Source: Armatimonadota bacterium (GTDB lineage: Bacteria; Armatimonadota; Fimbriimonadia; Fimbriimonadales; Fimbriimonadaceae). From it: a DNA stretch of 64,000 bases. Position 1 is the first letter of the stretch; every line of letters begins with the position of its first letter. The DNA is taken from positions 1-64,000 of the forward strand of contig JANNQV010000018.1 in the NCBI GenBank assembly GCA_031400935.1, written 5' to 3'. Made by a program: the position numbers and the translations under genes. Of the stretch, positions 60,701 through 64,000 are shown in pieces. A model generated the notes under the pieces. The model saw only the letters and a program-made list of their open reading frames with translations. It did not search any database and was not told the DNA's origin.

Positions 60701-61254
60701 ACCATTTCGTTGTCTGCAAATTCGCGAACCTTTACGGGGTCCCATCCCTGCGCTTTATCGCCTGTCAAGGCAAGCGAGAGAATTGGCAAGTTCAATGGGT
60801 CAATCGGAACGACGAAAGATGGTTTCAGGTTTGCGCCAGTTGCAGGCAGATTCGATTGCGTGACGTTCATTAGCGTCTGCACATCAACAAGCGCCCGCTC
60901 CATGTTAGTCCCATAAGGAAACTCGAGAGTGACAATTGAAAACCCGTCTTGCGAAGTCGAGCGGATATAGCGCACGCCCTTGAGGTTTACAAGTTGTTCT
61001 TCAATCGGCTTGGAAATGTACAGTTCCATTTCCTGCGGAGACAAACCTGGCATCATCGTCACGACACCGATCATTGGGCTTTCAACATAGGGCGCGAATC
61101 GCCTCGGAATTACCCCTGTGACCGCCATCCAGGCAAGCGCAAGCACTCCAACATAGAAAGCGATGATCGCGTACGGATGCTCGATAGACCACCGGTGGAT
61201 CATGTGCAGCGGGTTATGCCGCTTCGTTTCGAACTTTAGGGGTTCTCGCTTCAA
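57796..61254 (-). CDS. RND efflux permease (AcrB/CusA-like, Met-rich)
   Basis: PGLSPQEME, GRLVDDS and RLRPILMT motifs; about 12 TM segments. The start is uncertain (TTG 61254 overlaps the upstream stop; ATG 61203 is an alternative). Confidence 0.92.
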   Translation of the reverse strand: MKREPLKFETKRHNPLHMIHRWSIEHPYAIIAFYVGVLALAWMAVTGVIPRRFAPYVESPMIGVVTMMPGLSPQEMELYISKPIEEQLVNLKGVRYIRSTSQDGFSIVTLEFPYGTNMERALVDVQTLMNVTQSNLPATGANLKPSFVVPIDPLNLPILSLALTGDKAQGWDPVKVREFADNEMVRRLKAVTNVYSVVPFGGYRRQMQVVVDREKLAGYGLSILNVRDAIDRFNVTRSSGTLTQGSTEGIVRVDSRATSAEDVLSYPVTGFGDTSNVTPIQPSSGGGAMGMGGGSAPSSSVVQGNSNGGAKRSPRVIYVRDVARVEDSHWEKRSGYRFLSQNKNKAAVVSEAIEVSIIQNPGASSATVVPAIMTVVEQIESENPGLKIEVAYDNASFVEILFNNVWHELGLAILLTAIAVLLFLGEWRGTVIAMVTLPTSLALAILMMLPFGMTFNSGTLIGLLLSIGRLVDDSIIDIHAVERHLRMGKDPKTATIDGIAEVRVAVIASTLMIVLALLPLLFSGGIVGLMFVELVWPLIFGLLASMLVSFTLNALLCAKLLRHEEARDEDRKKPLLKWLYVLLDPFQQGLDRLEGWYSRAIAWTLKHRFLNFTRVLAVLIIGFSFYYFIGSEMMPLADTGQAVGFMEMEPGTSYKGTENAVKKLETIIAKHPELEKASIEIGAESMFETWTPFYTGYQMPQVNAAAMMLTFSDKDSRGKTIFQIMDAIHKEALETIPGLRRIQIKEMGSDVMATAAAPIHVNIYGPDLFELDRLGREVEAVAHKMPEMYQSSRTWSMGLPDYQIKVDPQRAQEVGLSPESISQQAYYALRGGLTNEFYRLPNLRQNTILVRYDKEDRETPTDLENLYITTGTGEQIPIKSVAEIQRHVAPTAIEHDGLKRVMGVSGYYRIGDLPSMDVVMNLVANAYGGNEKLGIKPVNFPPGYGMEMRGDMTQMMDSFRRLVSGLGLALVLMYLVLVIQFRGFLQPLQMLASLPLELAGVFIALWLAHQAFSTVSILGIIVLTGMDITTAVLMIDLIMRYRDKGIPRDEAIIRACPDRLRPILMTVGITLLVMMPVAFAPKTGLDAYQPLAMAVVGGLIMGTILSLFDIPIMHTYVDDFICWINRTFLGREWSWPVNEPDEEASRDVGETN

Positions 61255-63611
61255 CGAACGACCACCTTGCCATCGAACATATCCATTCCACAAGAAAAGC
61301 GAAGGATGCCTTTTTTCGTTGGCGTGAAGGTGACTTCAACTGGTTTGTTCAAGGGAAGCGGCTTATTGATCTTTAGGTCGGGGAAAACGATTTCCGTGCC
61401 ACAGCCCTGTTCCGATCTCCGGATAAATGTGATCGTGATCGGTTTGCCAACTTCAGCATCAACGGTGTCGGGTTTGTAAGAAACAGAAGTGACTTCAACA
61501 ACGTTTCCTTTGGATTCAACCTCAGTAACTTGAGCTGAAACGGTTCCCCCTTCGCGCAAATACATGGCCCCAGCAGTTACAACTTGTTGCCCTTCTTTAA
61601 CACCGCTGAGAATCTCAGTCAGCTTTCCGTTTGTCGCACCGGCTTCAATTTCGGCTCGCCTGATTGTGAATTGCCCAGCCTCCCCGTTAGGCTCGGCGAT
61701 CCAAACATAGGGTTTGCCTCCTTCATCCCCCGGTGGGTGCTGGATTGCTTCCTTTGGTGCAACCAAAGCATCTTGAATTGCACTAATCTCGATGTTCATT
61801 GAAACGAACTGGCCCGGAAGGAAGCGAGCGTTTGCATTTTGCCAAACGACTTCTACCACCCCAGTTCGTGCTTGAGGATCAACCGACGGAGAGATAGAAC
61901 TCACATTCGCTTGAATGTCCACACCTTTTTTGTCTCGGGAGCTTATCGTGACTCTTGCGCCAACCGTGATCTTTGCTAGATCGGCTTCAGTCACATTTGC
62001 CTGTAGGCGAATTGGAGAAATTTGCGCAACTTTTAGAACGGTTTGCCCAGGGTTTACCAGAACGCCTGGACTAATCAGCCGTTGAGTGATTACTCCATCA
62101 ACCTCAGCTTTTAGCTCGGCATATCCCTCCTGAGCAGCAGCGCTTTGATACCCAGCTCTTGCCTGTGCAACTCCAGCCTGTTCCTTGGCAATGTTGCGTT
62201 TTGCAGCTTCGGCAGCGCTTTGTTTGCTCTTGATCATGGCTTCTGCCGCGCGGACGTCTGCCTGCGACTGCAATATCCGCTGCTTGGCTGCTGCGATCAT
62301 CGCGACGGACTTTCTAACGCTTGCCTTTGCAGCGGAAACCTTCGACTCAGCTAGCCGCACCATTGAATTGGCCTGCTTCAGTTTTGATTGGGCTTCTGCT
62401 GCTTCCGATTCGGCTTGCTGTAGTTCCGATCGGCTCACTGCACCTTGAGCAAAAAGTTGTTGCGCCCGCTTGAGTTCATCGGTTCGGAAACGGGAATTCT
62501 CCGTTGCCGCTACTACCTCGGACCTGGCGGCTTCCAATTCGTTTTGCGTCGCCAAGACTTCGGATTCCATGACCTCTTTGTCCTGGAGTGCGGCTGCATG
62601 CATCGCTAGGGCCTCATCCACGATGCCTCGTTTTGCCGCAGCTTCCGCGCGACCTTGGACAATTTCTTGTAGAGCAGTTTGGTACTCACTCGCGGCGACT
62701 CCGACGCCTTGTGCCGCCATGTTGGTCATCGCTGCCTTTTCAGCGAGTTGTGGATTCAATTGAGAAGTATCAAGCCGCGCCAGCACTTGCCCTTTTTTCA
62801 CCTTGTCGCCAACATAGTAGGGCATCCAGATGATGACCCCCGTTCCTCGCGGAATCACATCTTGCTCGACGAAACCAACGGCTTGTCCGGTGTAAGTAAC
62901 CGTTTCAGAAAGCAGTCCGCGAGTTGCTGTCGCAAGTTCCACTGCGGTGCTTCCCGGAGGCGCAGGGGTGTTCATTTCCATTACTTGCGCTTCAAGAGGC
63001 GTCATCGCACCTTGGCGTCGCCAATTATTGACCGCATAGACTGCAATTGCCAACATCGCCCCTAAAAGGAGAACGCCGCCAAGGGTTCCGCGATTGAAAA
63101 TACTCTTAACATCGAGTTTCTGACCGGACGCCCTCACGCGAACAACGACAAAGATAACTATGGCAAGCAAAACTAGCCACGGAATCAAACTCAAAACCGA
63201 AAAGCCCGCGCCAGATGTTCCACCGGTGTCTTGTCCGGTCTTTAGAGGAATGGAAGCCGTTGCAGCTCCCATATGTCCGCTTATTTTGAGGTCAACCGAG
63301 TAACGGCCTGCCATCGGAAACGCGGCTAGCATCGCGTACACCCCAGGTTCGCCAGGCAAAGAATTGGCTTTAAGCTCTCGCTCGCCCATAAACATGCCCG
63401 GCATTTTGGCAATTGCGCGGACATCTAGCCCCTCCATTCTTTTGCCAGAAGAATCCGAAATTGCAAAGACGAGTTTTGCCTGGCCAACTGGAATTACCTT
63501 AGGCTGAGTTGAGAGCGAAATTCGGTAGGGTCCAGCTTGCGCTTCAACGCTTGCTTGGCAAAGCGCTGATAATAGGGCAAGGAAAATGATGAGTAAGCGG
63601 TGTAGTTTCAT
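61251..63611 (-). CDS. RND periplasmic adaptor with N-terminal YtkA/FixH-like and C-terminal cupredoxin-like domains
   Basis: MPGM...FPMAGRY (YtkA-like); VGDKVKKGQVLARLD; long coiled coil; GCG...FSCGMDMFDG (cupredoxin-like). Confidence 0.88.
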   Translation of the reverse strand: MKLHRLLIIFLALLSALCQASVEAQAGPYRISLSTQPKVIPVGQAKLVFAISDSSGKRMEGLDVRAIAKMPGMFMGERELKANSLPGEPGVYAMLAAFPMAGRYSVDLKISGHMGAATASIPLKTGQDTGGTSGAGFSVLSLIPWLVLLAIVIFVVVRVRASGQKLDVKSIFNRGTLGGVLLLGAMLAIAVYAVNNWRRQGAMTPLEAQVMEMNTPAPPGSTAVELATATRGLLSETVTYTGQAVGFVEQDVIPRGTGVIIWMPYYVGDKVKKGQVLARLDTSQLNPQLAEKAAMTNMAAQGVGVAASEYQTALQEIVQGRAEAAAKRGIVDEALAMHAAALQDKEVMESEVLATQNELEAARSEVVAATENSRFRTDELKRAQQLFAQGAVSRSELQQAESEAAEAQSKLKQANSMVRLAESKVSAAKASVRKSVAMIAAAKQRILQSQADVRAAEAMIKSKQSAAEAAKRNIAKEQAGVAQARAGYQSAAAQEGYAELKAEVDGVITQRLISPGVLVNPGQTVLKVAQISPIRLQANVTEADLAKITVGARVTISSRDKKGVDIQANVSSISPSVDPQARTGVVEVVWQNANARFLPGQFVSMNIEISAIQDALVAPKEAIQHPPGDEGGKPYVWIAEPNGEAGQFTIRRAEIEAGATNGKLTEILSGVKEGQQVVTAGAMYLREGGTVSAQVTEVESKGNVVEVTSVSYKPDTVDAEVGKPITITFIRRSEQGCGTEIVFPDLKINKPLPLNKPVEVTFTPTKKGILRFSCGMDMFDGKVVVR

Positions 63612-63614
63612 GAG

Positions 63615-64000
63615 CTATTGCATTACGACGAAGTCATACGTGGCTTCGCCGGGGTGCCCCTCCTGATCCACACTCACCTTCGCCTGCCAATCTCCACCCA
63701 TTGAAAGTTCGGCTTCGCCTTCATACATGCCGTCTTTCGTGAATTTCAAACGCACCTCTGATTCACCCATGTTCATCGAGGGCATCGAAAAGCTCAATTT
63801 CACAGTTGCTCCATCCGTAGGTTCGCCATGATGAAGGAGTTTGACAATGAACTTGGCCTTTCCGACCTTTAAATCGGTTGGCTCGGATGTCAAAGTGACC
63901 GAGAAGTGGTCTCCGACGACTTCGCTGCCCAAGGTGCTGCCTTTTTGAGCTATTGCCGCATCCGAAGTGCCAGAACTTGCTGATGCTTGAGGTGCAGCAG
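63615..64000 (-). CDS. YtkA/FixH-family protein, partial (start beyond the right edge)
   Basis: FSMPSMNMG, YEGEAELSMGGDW; the frame stays open to the window edge. Confidence 0.78.
   Translation of the reverse strand, partial: AAPQASASSGTSDAAIAQKGSTLGSEVVGDHFSVTLTSEPTDLKVGKAKFIVKLLHHGEPTDGATVKLSFSMPSMNMGESEVRLKFTKDGMYEGEAELSMGGDWQAKVSVDQEGHPGEATYDFVVMQ

Larger units (their letters stand above)
28775..64000. mobile_element. Putative tRNA-Val-integrated genomic island carrying anaerobic respiration, EET and metal-efflux genes; right end outside the window
   Basis: tRNA 3' fragment at the boundary and an abrupt change from housekeeping genes to respiratory cargo. No integrase or intact tRNA-Val was seen in the window. 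Confidence 0.55.

Overview
Bacterial chromosomal window of about 50% GC. The protein style suggests Armatimonadota/Fimbriimonadia, but this is inference only. The left part (1-28.7 kb) looks like core genome. It holds a peptide-scavenging set (clostripain, M14, S8 and S9 peptidases, APC permease), SPFH plus an Arc-type regulator, alr, a phosphoesterase, a dead MNT-HEPN toxin-antitoxin pair, an ECF sigma factor, a GAF kinase with an HTH-less NtrC-type regulator, glgA and ppdK. Short inverted 7-11-mer repeat arrays are scattered through it. At 28775-28822 lies only the 3' half of a tRNA-Val(TAC), the classic scar at one end of a tRNA-integrated island. Everything to its right (at least 35 kb, running off the window) is an anaerobic-respiration cluster. 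It has a porin, two NarK transporters, and a Nas-like molybdoenzyme module with FeS, Tat-Rieske and NarI-like subunits. It also has an unusual Asp-type DMSO-reductase-family molybdoenzyme in one operon with an FeS subunit, a cytochrome c-NarI fusion and a Rieske/cytochrome b complex. Further right are a Crp/Fnr regulator, an MtrA/MtrB-like porin-cytochrome conduit with an octaheme lipoprotein and its own CcmF, and a probable copper RND efflux system. A palindrome, ATGAC-N4-GTCAT, recurs upstream of four transcription units in this region and is the predicted operator of the Crp/Fnr regulator. Starts were adjusted by eye from the ORF track, and no database searches were run.
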